Positions 39,968 through 53,579 of a DNA stretch of 64,000 nt are shown one piece after another. Source of the DNA: Eledone cirrhosa. Lineage: Eukaryota. The stretch spans positions 181,660,001 to 181,724,000 of the forward strand of contig OZ024740.1 in NCBI GenBank assembly GCA_964016885.1. Reading direction: 5' to 3'. Numbering within the stretch: the first letter of the stretch is position 1; each line of letters starts with the position of its first letter. Position numbers and translations under genes: made by a program. The notes under the pieces were generated by a model. The model saw only the letters and a list, made by a program, of their open reading frames with translations, was not told the origin of the DNA and searched no databases.

Positions 39968-40093
39968 AAAGTTCTATTTAAATTGTTGGGATACAACAAG
40001 CAAATATTTTTATAACTGATATAAAGCACTCAACAAGTATTTGAAGTAAATATACGATATTAACAAATGGAAACTATATATAAAAAAGATATT

Positions 40094-40158
40094 TATTTCA
40101 TTATACATATTTCAAGGACACCACCTTAAATTATCGTGTGCTTTCATCAGACAAAATA
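40094..40158 (-). ncRNA. Type I hammerhead motif (left arm)
   Basis: Minus strand: tattttgt CTGATGA aagcacacgat aatttaag gtggtgtcctt GAAA tatgta TA atgaaata. Confidence 0.75.
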
Positions 40159-40313
40159 CAATATAGATCAGTGTTATAAATAAATATTGACATACTCTTA
40201 AAAAGGCAACCATTACTGTTGGAAGCTTCCGGATAGCTCCGGGAGCTTCCAACAGTAATGTTTGCATTTTTTAAGGGTATGTCAATACTTATTTATAAAA
40301 TTGATCTATATTG

Positions 40314-40378
40314 TATTTTGTCTGATGATAGCACACCATAATTTAACGTGGTGTCCTTGAAATATGTATAATAAAATA
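40314..40378 (+). ncRNA. Type I hammerhead motif (right arm)
   Basis: tattttgt CTGATGA tagcacaccat aatttaac gtggtgtcctt GAAA tatgta TA ataaaata: 8-bp stem I, long stem II, AUA site at 40370. Confidence 0.8.
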
Positions 40379-40418
40379 AATATGGTTTTATAAATGTAGT
40401 TTCCATTTGTAAAATATC

Positions 40419-40457
<39 letters not shown>

Positions 40458-40534
40458 TGTGTGTGCATGTGTATGTGTGTATCTGTATATGTGTGCATAT
40501 ATATGTGCGTACTTGTATGTACATATATATATAT

Positions 40535-42027
40535 GAAATGCAGTTTGGATTTGTGTCAGGTAAAAGTACCACAGACGCTCTTTTCCTTGTACGACAACTA
40601 GCTAAAAGTAAACCCCTCTACTTAGCTTTTGTAGTCCTGGAAAAAGCCTTTGACAGTGTCCCCCGGTCCATTATCTGGTGGGCTCTTAGAAAACTAGGTG
40701 TAGATGAATGGCTTGTGAGAGCTATACAAGCTATGTATAATGTATCAGTCAGTAAGGTTAGAATTAACAATGAATATTGTCAAGAATTTAGTGTAAAAGT
40801 TGGTGTTCACACAGCCTCTGTCCTTAGCCCCCTCCTATTTATTATTGCCCTTCAGGCTATAACAGAGGAGTTCAAGACCGGCTGCCCATGGGAACTCCTA
40901 TACGCAGATGATCTAACGCTCATAGCTGAATCAATGGCTGAACTAGAAAAGAAATTCCAAGCATGGAAGCATGGTCTAGATTCAAAGGGCCTTAAAGATA
41001 ACTTGTCTAAAACTAAAGTCCTAGATTGTAGAAAGGAAAATAAGGCACAGGTACTCTCAGGGAAATAGCCTTGCTCAGTGTGTAGGAAAGGTGTAGGCAG
41101 AAATTCAATGTTATGTCCCAAATGCAAAGTATGGGTACATAAAAATGTAGTAGGATCACAGTTAAACTATCTAAGAACATAGACTTTATATGTGGCCGAT
41201 GCTCAGGTGCAATAGGTAGCAAGTGTCCACAGGATACTAGCCTCTTCAATTGCCCAGATGGTTCTATAGAAATAGTAGACACTTTCCGTTACCTGGGTGA
41301 CTAAATCAACAGTGGTGGGGGGTGTTCTGAAAGTAGAGTAGCCTGAGTCAGAACGGGATGGGAAAAGTTCAGTCCTTATACCACTGTTGGCCACAAAGGT
41401 TTTCTCTCTAAAAATGAAAGGCAGATTGTATGATGCTTGTATACGAACAGCAATGCTACATGGCAGTGAGACATGGGCATTACGTGCAGAGGACCTGCGT
41501 AGACTGGAAAGGAACGAAGCATGCATGCTCCGTTGGATGTGTAATAGTAATATACGTGAATGGCAAAGCATAAATGAACTAAGTGAGAAATTAGGGATAA
41601 GAGGGATCAGATGCTGTTTACTCGAGAGAAGCCTACGCTGGTTTGGCCACGTGATGCGCATGAATGACAACAGCTGTATAGAAAAGTGCAGGGCGATCAA
41701 AATTGATGGTAGTTACGGAGTAGGTAGACCCAGAAAAACCTGGGACGATCTGATAAATTCCGACCTTACACACCTGCACCTCTCTAAGACAATGTCACTG
41801 GACCGAGATCTTTGGCGCTACGCAGTAATACAGAAGACCGGCCTTGCCTATGTACTAAGCGAAACCTACAGTCAGTAGGCACCTCTTAACCAAATATACA
41901 CCCCAATCCACTACCTATATGAGCGAGACATAGTCACCCGACCAACCTTGCTTCAAGTGGGACAACTGCCGTCTAACCCATGCTAGCATGAAAAATGGAC
42001 GTTAAACGAAGATGATGATGATGATGA

Positions 42028-42030
<3 letters not shown>
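40535..42030 (+). mobile_element. 5'-truncated RTE LINE (RT + PHD-like Cys/His insert), few disablements
   Basis: QFGFVSGKSTTDALF, LEKAFDSV, LLYADDL, CSVCRKGVGRNSMLCPKC, MLHGSETW, RWFGHVMRM, GRPRKTW; (GAT)n tail. Confidence 0.92.
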
Positions 42031-42104
<74 letters not shown>

Positions 42105-42106
<2 letters not shown>

Positions 42107-42460
42107 TATGTGTTCACTTCCTCCCGTTTGACCTGTGTGAAATCCTTTTCTTGCTCACATCTCACCCAAGTCGGATGGTCTGTATCTCTCGTCCATGATT
42201 TCACCAAGTTTAAGCTTACAGATATCATGTACTTGTCTCTACCTACCTTTCCGTTGCAGTGCCATCTTGGTTTGTTTACATTTCTCGGTCGTATCACCAT
42301 ATTTTACTTGTCCCAATAACTTTATTTGTTATTGCTCGCGCCAACTAGAGGTATATGATTTTTAAAGCGATGAAATACCAATGAAGGTTGGAAGATCACT
42401 GATGAAGGACTAATTTTATTCATATGTAACCCATGTGCAACCATTCAGCACTCCATTTTA
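42105..42460 (+). repeat. Copy of the repeat at 1-535
   Basis: Reverse-complement identity blocks with 10-115 and 360-480. Confidence 0.65.
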
Positions 42461-42479
42461 CTTATATATATATACATAC

Positions 42480-42543
<64 letters not shown>

Positions 42544-42842
42544 TGTAAACATGGTTGCTGTTAGGAAGGGCATCCAGCTGTAGAAAACCTGCCAGATAGT
42601 GCAAGCTATTCGACGAATTGAGGGGAATGTCGAGGTAATTAATGACAGAGAGTTGGCCTCAAAGGCTTCAACCTCTCCATACATATATATACTAGACCAC
42701 CCGTGATCCATTTGGTCATGTTCCCTTCAAGATATTATTTTTAAATCATGTTCACTCGAAAATAATTTTTAAATAATTAAAATATACACAGACATGTATA
42801 TAATGTTAAATGAAACAGAAAGGCCCATATGTATACGTGTAT

Positions 42843-42904
<62 letters not shown>

Positions 42905-43001
42905 GTGTGTGAGTGTATAGATATATATATGTGCGTGGGTTTCTGTGATCTATATACACTGGCCATAGACACACACACACATATATATATACACACACAC
43001 T

Positions 43002-43039
<38 letters not shown>

Positions 43040-45249
43040 CAGTGGCGTAGCTAGGGTGTGGCAAGCAGGGCACATGCCACGGGCGCCATATTTAGGGGGG
43101 CGCAATTTCGACCTAGATCGATTTACATCCATGTCGTTTTTATCATTTTTGTAAATATAAGCCAAAAATGAAGCATGTGATTTCTTGATAGCCGACTTCC
43201 ACGCCATGTCTAGTGCACTAGATAGAGCAGAGGTCTGATTTGACTCCTCACTGACAGCAGGGTGGGTTGCAATTATGCGGGCGCTATTTTTAGCTATACA
43301 TTGCAAAACAGCGGATATCTCACCTGACTTCACAACCCACCCCCACACACACACTGACTGAAGGGACGTAGTTTTGGAGGTGCAACTGCTGGACACGCAG
43401 GCGCTATCTTTAGCAATGCATTGCAATGACCAATACAAGATAATTATAATTATGAAGCTGGTTTACAAAACAGAGTAGTTTGTCTTTTACAACTGGTACA
43501 TAAGACGTATAGAAAAGGCATCATAATCCAAATGGCCAGATAGGATCGGATAGCTTCTATTAGGAATTCAATTTGACTCCAGTTTAGATGTTTCAATGTT
43601 TTCTTCTATAACACAGTTCGTCAGAATTTACTAAATCGTATCCAAATTGCAAGATACTATGGTCTGCTGATTGATTCGACCCCTGACCAGGCGCCTGAGA
43701 ACAACTGTCAAACTTTGTGTGATATGTCGATGTTGATTTCAATATGAAGACGGTCGTTGTGAGGGAATCTTTTCTTGGATTCATTCAAGTAATCAAAAAA
43801 GATGCCGCAAGCCTTGTTGAAACAATCGTGAAAGAGCTAGAAAAAGATGACCTACCACTGCAGAACTGTCGATCGCAAGGCTATGACAATGCTGCCATAA
43901 TGGCTGGGCACCGCAGTGGGGTTTAGCAGAGAATGAGAGAGAATAATAATTTGATTCACTTCGTTAATTGCGATAACTATTCACTTAATCTGGCTGGTCT
44001 TCATGCAGCCAAAAACGATTCTGCTATGATGAACTTTTTCAGTTGCATTGCATTGACTCGTTATACAACTTTTTTCTCGTTCAACACGACGATGGGGATC
44101 CCTTAAAGAAGTTGCTCCAGTGGTTGTTAAATATCCTTCCGACACGCGGTGGAATGCTAGATGTACCGCAGTCAGACCGGTGGCGAATTATTTGACGCTG
44201 ATTATTCAAGTTGACGAAAAGATTAGTGATGATGAAACAGAGACATGCGAGAGTAGAAATAATGCTAGTAATCTCCATAATCGGATACTGAGTTATTGGA
44301 TTCTGAAACACGATTCTCTCACGAATTGACCGGGTTCAAAAGAGACTTCAAGATCCAAGAATGAATTTTCACGATGCTGCAGCTGATATAGGAGCCCTTC
44401 AACTTTATTTTAAAGAAGAAAGAACATCCTTAATCCACGAGTCTCTTGAAATGGGCTTCGACCTCTGCCAGAAATGGAATGTCGATTTTCCGAGGAGGCG
44501 AGGAAGACGACAAACCAATACCGAAATTACTGAGGACGTCAAGGTGGCTGCCAGAAAAGAGATAGAGAGAGCAATGCAAAGTTCACTCAATCGTCTTCAA
44601 ACAGAAATGGAAGAACGGTTTATTCGACTTAAGGAAACTGACTCAAGTTTTGGCTTTCTTCTTGATGTCAACTATCTGTTTTATTTGGCTGCTCTTGATA
44701 ACCTTGTCCTTAAACAAAGGTGCAACAGTCTTGCGGAACTATACAACTCCGACATCGACGGAGAGCAAGTGTATGAGGAAATCTTGGACTGCCGATCTTT
44801 GCTGGCTACTAGGACAGCTGACCCAATTTTAAAGCCGGAGGCACTTCTCCAATTCATCATACAATACGGCGATGAATATGTTTTTCCCAATTTGCGAATC
44901 AGCATTCAAATAATGTTGACGATTTCTATTTCAATTGCCAGTTACGAGAGGTCGTTCAGCAAGCTGAAGCTAATACATTCGTATTTGCGAATCTCAATGG
45001 GCCAACAACGGTTGACTGACCTCGCCCTTTTGAGTGTAGAAATCGAAGAGTTTGAAAGAACTGATTTCGAGGAAATTATCCACCAGTTTGCCTCATTAAA
45101 AGCCCGAAAAATCAAGTTGTAACCGTTTTATGTTTTTTTATTTTAAATTCTACTGCAATTTCGTCTTTGTGGATCTTGACTTTTTAATGGGGGGGGGGGC
45201 GCAATTTTGATGCTTGCCCTGGGCGCCGTTTACCCTAGCTACGCCACTG
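43040..45249 (+). mobile_element. hAT DNA transposon (Tip100/ZMYM1-like transposase), decayed
   Basis: Perfect 18-bp TIRs cagtggcgtagctagggt / accctagctacgccactg; flanks tatatata, compatible with an 8-bp TSD. Motifs RESFLGF, SQGYDNAAIMAG, SDTRWNAR. Confidence 0.93.
44361..45122 (+). pseudogene. hAT transposase C-terminal fragment with hATC dimerisation domain
   Basis: FPNLRISIQIMLTISISIASYERSFSKLKLIHSYLRISMGQQRLTDLALLSVE; upstream part broken by stops and frameshifts (~43500-44360). Confidence 0.9.
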
Positions 45250-46280
45250 TATATATATATATATACAACAGCACCACCAGCTCTCTCTCTCTCTCTTCGA
45301 TTCTCCTTCTCAGTCTCCTCCATTCTCCTTCTCTGTCTCCCCTCCCTCTCTCTATGTCTCTCTTTCAATCTACTCTCTCACAACTACTATCTTTTTCTCT
45401 CTCTCTCTCCCTCTGTTTATGAAGGTACCTGTAAAAAACCCATATCTCTGGAACCTGTGGTCCAATTTACGCGAAACATGTTTTATTCCATTTGTATTGA
45501 CATTCCAGGGGCAACTTCCTTTCAAAGTATTTTCCCATTATGCGCCCTTTTGTATGTTTATATTACAGACAAGCACGCAAGCAATCGCAGTGTTTTAGTA
45601 ATATATAGTTATATATGCATATATATTGAGGTATATACACACCTATATATGTAATTATGTACACATATATTTATAACATAAGTATGTGTGTGAGAATTAT
45701 ACGATTGTTATATTATTGTGTATATGAATAAATAAAGATGGCTGTTTCACTCAGAAAATTTTATTAAGAAAACAAAACAAAATCATCATTTCAATAATTA
45801 CAAAACAAAGAAATAAACTAAAATGTCCATAAGATTGACAAAAAATGCGAAAAACCACTAAATATAAGAATCTTGTTTATCAAGTTGTTTAGATTTGCAC
45901 AAAACTAATAATAGTCCTTAATAAATAAAAGAGATTGAAAGTCCATGTATGTCAAGCAATTTATGATATATTGTCATTGTCAATTGTTAAAAAACTAGAT
46001 GATAAATTGAGCTTTCAGTGTACTGATTATATGAATTGCAGGAAAAATGCATTAGAAAATAAAATGTAAATGTGTGTCTGTGTGGTATGGTATATCATCA
46101 TCATCATCATTTAACTTCCATTTTCACACAAGCATGGGTAAGGCGGGCTGTCCCTTTGTGAGTCATCAGGTCGGAGGACCACGCTTCACTCACATAGAAC
46201 TAACTTTAGTTTAGTTTGGTTTCTACAGTTGGATGCCCTTCCTATAGCCAACCACACACACACCCACACATATATATACA

Positions 46281-46919
46281 TCTATATATATATAAAACTG
46301 AGGATGTGTGTGTGTGTGTGTGTCTGTGAGTTTGAATCCCTAAAGCTCGAGAAGTACCCAACCGATTGTTTTCAAACTGTACATGTGTATTACTTATGTT
46401 TCAGGGAGTGTTATGCACATAAAAAATTCAACTTGTTCATCCCCTAGGGCCTTCCTTAGTGAAAAACTGTGTTTTCTCAGCTTTTTAGGGTTGTTTTGAG
46501 GAGTTACGTCAGACCGATTTACTTGAAATTGTAACTATGTATTAGTCAGTCTCTTCTTCATACCGTGAGCAAAGAAAATCCAACTTTTTCATGGCTTAGG
46601 GCCCGCATTAGCTGAAAAACTTCATATTTTCAGCTTTTTAGTGCTTTTTTGAGGCGTTAAGTCTAGCCGATTTTCCCGAAATTTCAAGGCATATTATGCG
46701 CATAAGAAAAATTTATTTTCTTGATACCCTAGGTATTAGGTGAAAACCTGCATTTTTCCTGCTCCATCGATGAAAATATTAAAGATTATCCAACCATCAG
46801 AGTATTCGGTTTATTTTCTTTACATATTGTCCAGGCATGCAGTTTTTCCACGATTAGGTCTGTTGGCGGCCCGTGTTCCAAAATACCTTATCCCATGCAA
46901 CGCCGGGTACCACTGCTAG
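46281..46919 (+). mobile_element. Non-autonomous Helitron
   Basis: Begins TC (a|tctatatata), (TG)n near the 5' end, internal ~120-bp sub-repeats, subterminal ccc...ggg hairpin remnant, ends CTAG|t; inserted between A and T. Confidence 0.72.
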
Positions 46920-48399
46920 TATATGTATGTGTGTATGTGTGTATGTGTGTGTGTGATTAAATAGTAGAAAACTCATCTACTACATTGGAAGGAGATGTCT
47001 GATTAACAAAGGATGTACCAAATTATTTATATTTATCTTGCAACAATAAGATGTGCCCGGTACTTGGTTGGTGTTAGAAAGAGCATCCAGCTATTATAAA
47101 CCATGTCAAAATGAAACATATGAGCAAGATATGGTGCACTGACCAGTCATGTCTCAGAAAAGTGATGATCCGTCCAAACCATGGTAGTGTGGTAGCCAGA
47201 ATATAAAATGATGATGATGATAAATATGTGAATGTGTGAGTGTGTGTGTGTGTATATAAGTATGTGTATATATTTTCCTGATGAACCGATGTGATATGCT
47301 TAACTGGTTGCTCAATTAGTAAACCGTAACTATACTATATATAGAGCAGACATAGCCTCCATATGCCACATGGAATAGATCCCAATTAAGAGTACAGTCA
47401 TTCCCAATAAATATGACAGCATGGGACAGATGTAGAGTCTGTAAGTTACAGAAAAGGCAGAGTTACTCTGAATAAATGAGAGAGCACAGGACAGCCATGG
47501 ACTCTGTATGCCATAGAGAAGGCTACATATCTAAGAGAGCAATCTGTCTGAGAGAGCAATAAAACTGACACTAGGTAGAGATGAATATTCAGTTTGTTCA
47601 GGCACCCTCTCTAATACTGATTACATGATGAATTACACTCGGTCAATGTTGTAGTGTAGTTGCCAATTGGAAAGACATTCAGCCATGAAACTCCCACCAT
47701 TATCTATGATAATCGCTTATAAAAGTGTAGTGATCTACATTCTACGGCCTCATATACATTCTCCATGCGTTATTTGGCTCGGCCCAGCCAATGACCGGCA
47801 GCGGAGGAGAATGTATCTCTACGCGCCCTGAGGGAAAAATTCCCGCGTCAGCTAAAAAAATCTCTTTCTTGCTACTTGAACGCCGAAGGATTAACACAAA
47901 CAATATGTAACGGTGAGATTTGCACTTTGGCCTGTCAGCCTTCTTTGGGCCTGGCACAATGCCACATTCCTTTTGTAACCCTTTTATGTTTAACTTCAAG
48001 ACAACAATTTAACCACGGCCTGGCAACACTTCAGCCAGTAGACCGTGCCTTTCTGAAATTTTAATTCGTTTGTTTTATTTCTCTTGGCATGCCAGCTCTA
48101 CTCAGCTCAACCTTTGTTAATAAATAACATAAAAACAAGCTAAAGTTGTTGTCGATATTCCTATCAGATCTTTCTACCGAAATGGTTATTTGTGGTGCTA
48201 TAAATATTAGATTACTACATCTATATAATACTGCTAAAATATTGACCTTCGACGCAGGAGTATTTAAGTATGAAATGCTCCTTTAAAATATATATATACA
48301 TCAACCATTCTTCCTATTAAAAAAGATTTACACTAATTGCACACTAACACAAGTAATTTTAATGCTGCACATGGTAGTGGGGTGGCTAAGTTAGCCATG

Positions 48400-49075
48400 T
48401 GTGAGATTCTCAAATCCTCAGTCTACACAACCACATTCCCTCCTAAATACAGAGAATTACTACTAAAGAACTGTCACCTAAAACCTCTCAAGGCTATCAT
48501 TCACAGTGTCTCGTAGAACTAGAGAAATTGTGGAGTTGCTTAAAAGGAGATGTGTAGATCAAGAGGTGAGAATGCTTAGAGATAAACAGCGTAGATTTAA
48601 GCTTTTTGGGGTAGGAAATGATGATGGAATAAGTAAAATAGGCATTTTTCTATTTGAGAATGAATAGATTAGGATATTGAGGTTGAGAAAGTGAAATAAT
48701 TATCAAGCCCAGTGTAGTTATAGGCAGTATATTGATGGCTAACATGCATAAATGATGAACTATGGAAGAGCTGAGAGAACAGCTGGATATAAGAAGAGCC
48801 AAATGTACTGTGCAAGAGAAAAGACTGTGCTGTGTGTCTATGTAATTGATATTTATGATTAACATTAGGTAAAGATGTGGCCAAAAAATCCCTGTAGAAG
48901 GAAATTGTTGTAGAGCGTGACTAAGGTAGACCTGGGTTGTATTTGTGAAAGCTAATCTCAAATAGCTGACGTTCACAGAGGAGATGATTAAGTATCAGAA
49001 CAAGTGCAAAGAAGTTGTGCTGGAAAATACCTGCCCAATCGATGCAAGCATGGAAAAAAAACAGATATAAAACAA
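48400..49075 (+). mobile_element. Highly decayed RTE fragments
   Basis: APE-like N-terminal remnant (EIVELLKRRCVD) and RTE 3' end (aagcatggaaaa...aacaatgat). Confidence 0.55.
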
Positions 49076-49079
49076 TGAT

Positions 49080-49255
49080 AATTGTTTCTACTTTTGGCAC
49101 AAGGCCAGCAATTATCCCAGTGTATTACTGGTACTTTATGTTATCGACCCCGTAAGGATGAAAGGCAAAGTTAACCTCGCCAAGATTTGAACTTAGATTG
49201 TAAAGGGACATAACTATGCTAGAAAGCATGTCCGACCCTACACCGATACTGCCAA
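49080..49255 (-). mobile_element. SINE family A
   Basis: Reverse complement of family consensus. Confidence 0.85.
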
Positions 49256-49598
49256 AACAATGGTAATGATGATGATGAACATATATATATATCAGCTAAA
49301 AGCTAAGTATTTGTGTTTAACATCTAACTGAAAGTCGATGTTGTGATTTGAAACAGTCAATGGAAATTAGCATTATTCACTATCTAAAGACAATCAGCCT
49401 TTGATGTAAACATGTTTTCATTTTTCTTTTGTTGTCTTTGAAACATCAAGCCATGCATTTTTCGGTAAATCTATAAAGCAAGTATATTCATACTCATACA
49501 CACAGACATGCCCACATATATACACACACATATATATTTATATACCTGAGTAACCTAAATTATGTGTATATACATTTATATATATATATATATACACA

Positions 49599-49629
<31 letters not shown>

Positions 49630-49679
49630 GTTGTGTTAGCATTGCTTACCCTGCTAGGAAGGGTTGGAATATATACATG

Positions 49680-49826
<147 letters not shown>

Positions 49827-51714
49827 GTATGTATGTCTATATATATATGTGTGTGTGTGTTTCTGTGTGGGTGTATACATATATTTAAATATAAGCAGAA
49901 AATACATTAAGGTTTCACTTTATTTTTCCAGGATACTGATTTTCCTTTGGGAAACACAAATGCAGACAGATGACTAGAAAACAAATATATAAAAATATAT
50001 ATAAATTATCAAAAACTAATAAAACATAGAAATTATGATACTAAAACAAATATAAATTTTCCATAGAAAAGTAAAATAAATCTAGACAGTGTCTGTTGAT
50101 ATTTTGAAGAGAGCTTTTTTCTGGTGTATCCAAAAATAACACTTCAGTCCAGGGCTGTAAATATATTCTTTGATATCTAGGTTTAAAAGAAAATATACAG
50201 AGGAGAGTATTTATAACTGATACCAAACATTCATCAGTTCCTGGAATGTTTAAAAGGATTTCAACAAAAATTTATGATTTGATATAACTTTCCTTTCATT
50301 ATGCATCATGAAAATATTCAAAAGATTTAAATGTCTAAAGAGGTGAAGATTTGTCTTTGAATCTCGGTGTGTGTGAAAATAGAAAACAATAATAATGAAA
50401 AGATATATGTATTTTCTCCTTTTTTCCCCAAGTAATATCATTGACAATAAAATATTTTCAAACGAAATTTTTTTATCCAAATTTCTTATTTACAATCATA
50501 TATTTTGTTTGTTTGTTTTTGCTTGGTTTTTATCTTTTTTATTCAATGTTCTTAGGTAAGTAATTTACTCTGAATAAAATATTTAACTGTCAGAAATTCC
50601 ATTTCAAAAAAGTCCAATAAAAGCCAATATACCAAGAGTAAAAATAGATTAAGAAAGAAAAAAGAAAGAAATGTTTAGATAAATTATAAATATACATTGA
50701 TAAAATTCTTTGAAGATTCAGTATAATACATGAATAAAAAAGCATAAGAAGTTCAATTATATCAAGACCAAAAACTCAGTGCCAAAATGTCTGGAAATGC
50801 TGCTGTAGTACAAGGTTACTTTTCAGGGTTCAGAAATTGTTTTAATTCTGATTTTTAAATTTGGTCTTCGATTCTTTTCTGCGAAACCTATAATAATTTC
50901 AATAAATACAGTTATGTTGCAAAAGCAAGCAAAGTTGATCATATATGGCCTTTATTATACTATCCAACAATAAGAACTAACACATAATTTTTTTTAAATA
51001 TGATGACCAGAGGGGAATAAACCAAGTGGACTAATCACAAAAATATAGATAAATGTATGGAATGACAAATGCAAAAAACATCCTCAATTAATTGATATTG
51101 AAGAAAGAATCAACAACCTAGTGAGAATTGTTAGCAACTCTAAAATTTGAGATATGTTTTCAATAAGTTCAAGAAATTAAGAATTAATTTCAAAAGTATG
51201 AGCCTAGTTAGCTGCCAATGTGACATCTTCAGGGTTATTTCATTCTATTTAACTTCAACAACAAAAATTAAGCTAGGATTATCCATTGAAATTCTTTTCT
51301 TTTTTAATATATAAAAATCTTTGTTGACTAATCAATTAGACGTGAATTTCACTATGGTTTGAAAATGAGGTCGATAAAACCAAAACATGCCCATAGTTGT
51401 TACCTGACATGGTCTCAAACAAAAGATTTTCCTTTCAGCATGTAAAACAGTTTTGAGAAATTTTGTCCTAATTTCTTGAAATTATCTCTGTTTTCCTTTG
51501 AGATTCACTAAAAATTATTGTTAGGTTTTGTATTTATATAATACTTTACTTACAGATTAATTTCAATTAATTTCAATTTTTTGACATAAAGTATTTCGTA
51601 TGTAGGAATTAAAACAGTCTTCTACGACCCACAGACATACTATATTGAGTATTTTTCTTTATTTGTTGATCTTGCTTGATGGGTCTAGGTTCCTCCTTGT
51701 TAGTGGTCCTATAG

Positions 51715-52430
51715 GCATCATCATGGGTAGAGCCGACCTGATCACCAGTGCCCTCCATTACTGGCAGTCATGGGCCATCAGTTCCACATCCTCCAAAGTG
51801 ACATCTAGCTTCTGGGGATCTTCATTGATCATGTACAGCCATCTGTTACCATGGGGACTCTTCCAGCTGGCTGCTGTTGAATTGATCGAGATTAAGGCCC
51901 TGATAGGATGAACTCCTAGGTCAGGCCTTGTCATGGGAAGGGTGCTTGCCTGTTCCATAGATCTAAAAGAGTATTACTGTCTGAAGTTTGGTCAATGCAG
52001 GGCCACCCTTGGTGGACCGGTCTCCCAGGCAGGTTCCAGAGTAATCGTGATCTGCATCGCATCATTTCTTCTATAACTGACACTTCTTTGCAGAAGAGCA
52101 CCATCTCTTCAACATTGTGTTGAATGGCAATGAACCCACAAATGACTACAAATCTGCCTCATTCCTGCACACCTTTTATACATGTGATACACATGAGGCA
52201 CCCAGATAATATCCTGGATATTATGCACTCTCCTGTGTTGCTTGAGTCCAGCAGCAGTCCTACAATCCTTTCTGCAAAACTAAAACAAATACACCACAGG
52301 CCTTTCAAGAAGGACACCAACATAATAGACCCCAAACTGAGGATAGAGTGGAAAGTTCTTGATTTGGCCTTAAGTTGTGTTAAAAACCTTCCCATGGTCC
52401 TGAAACACAGTTAAACATCGACATTGCAAT
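51715..52430 (-). mobile_element. Decayed LINE (RTE-like) 3' fragment
   Basis: Minus-strand remnants ...PHGNRWLYMINED...DVELMAHDCQ.WRALV and RILSG; (GAT)-like end. Confidence 0.55.
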
Positions 52431-53398
52431 TCTGAAACTCATATGTAAATATCACAACAAAGAAGATAGTGAAGAGAGATTCCAATGAGCTAAAAAAAAG
52501 GCAAGCATGGAAAAGTAATGGGAAAATATTTATGAGGAAATAGAGGACAATAGAGGAGATGGATATATGGGAGAGATGGTATGCAAATAATAAGTGAAGC
52601 TTTAAGTAAGAAAACTATTCATTAAACTGTTCCATACATATCATATTTAGAAACAGATTTACTTATGTGGAACATCTTGAGGTACCAATACCTCTCTGGT
52701 GGCAGGGGTTCTCTCTTTGCTTTTCTCTCTTGTATATTTCAACCATGCTGTAATGAAAGTCAAGATGTGTGTGGGTATTTGTGTATGTCTATGTGTGTGC
52801 ATGTGTGTATTTGTGTGTGTGCCATTTGAAATTAAAACTAACATGAACTATACAGTATTATAATTTGTTTACTACACAGGTTTATACAGCATTGTATTAT
52901 TTCATTTTGTAAATTCTCAGTTTCAAAATTGGATTGTGAAAACGAAGTTGTATCAAAATCATAATTATTCAAGTAAAAATATTATTTTCATTGCTATCTC
53001 ACCATTCCTTATCTTTCATTAGCATTTCAGTTCATCCACATCTTGATGCTGTCTAATCTTTAAATATTCTTATATTATACGTAGGCAGTTCAGCAAATGC
53101 AATGTTATGCCTCAGTAGATAGTTACTAAATAATAAAAAAAAACATTTTTCTCTATATCTAAATTTCATTTCCTAGAATCTGCACAGAAAATCATATGTG
53201 TGCGTGTGTGTGTCTACTTATATATGTATATATATATTTATATATATATATAATACTAGAAAATCATTCACACAACACACACACATATGCACACGTGTTT
53301 ATGTGAGGATTATATTCTAAATACTAGCATACAGATATACAGATAATTCATACCACTATATAATACATTCAAAACTGCACATACATGTATGGTTATCA

Positions 53399-53494
<96 letters not shown>

Positions 53495-53579
53495 ATGTGT
53501 GTGTGTGTGTGTCTGTGTGTATAGTAAAGTTTAGGGCAAACATAGGTGGAAGGTTTGCATCCCTCAACCATCTAGAATA

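Larger units (their letters stand above)
40050..40424. repeat. ~375-bp fold-back palindrome with a hammerhead in each arm
   Basis: Centre ggaagcttccgga-tagc-tccgggagcttcc (loop 40234-40237); arms pair out to atatacgatatt/aatatcgtatat. Confidence 0.9.

Noticed and set aside
47906-48129. TGT...ACA solo LTR
   Set aside because: No matching target-site duplication.
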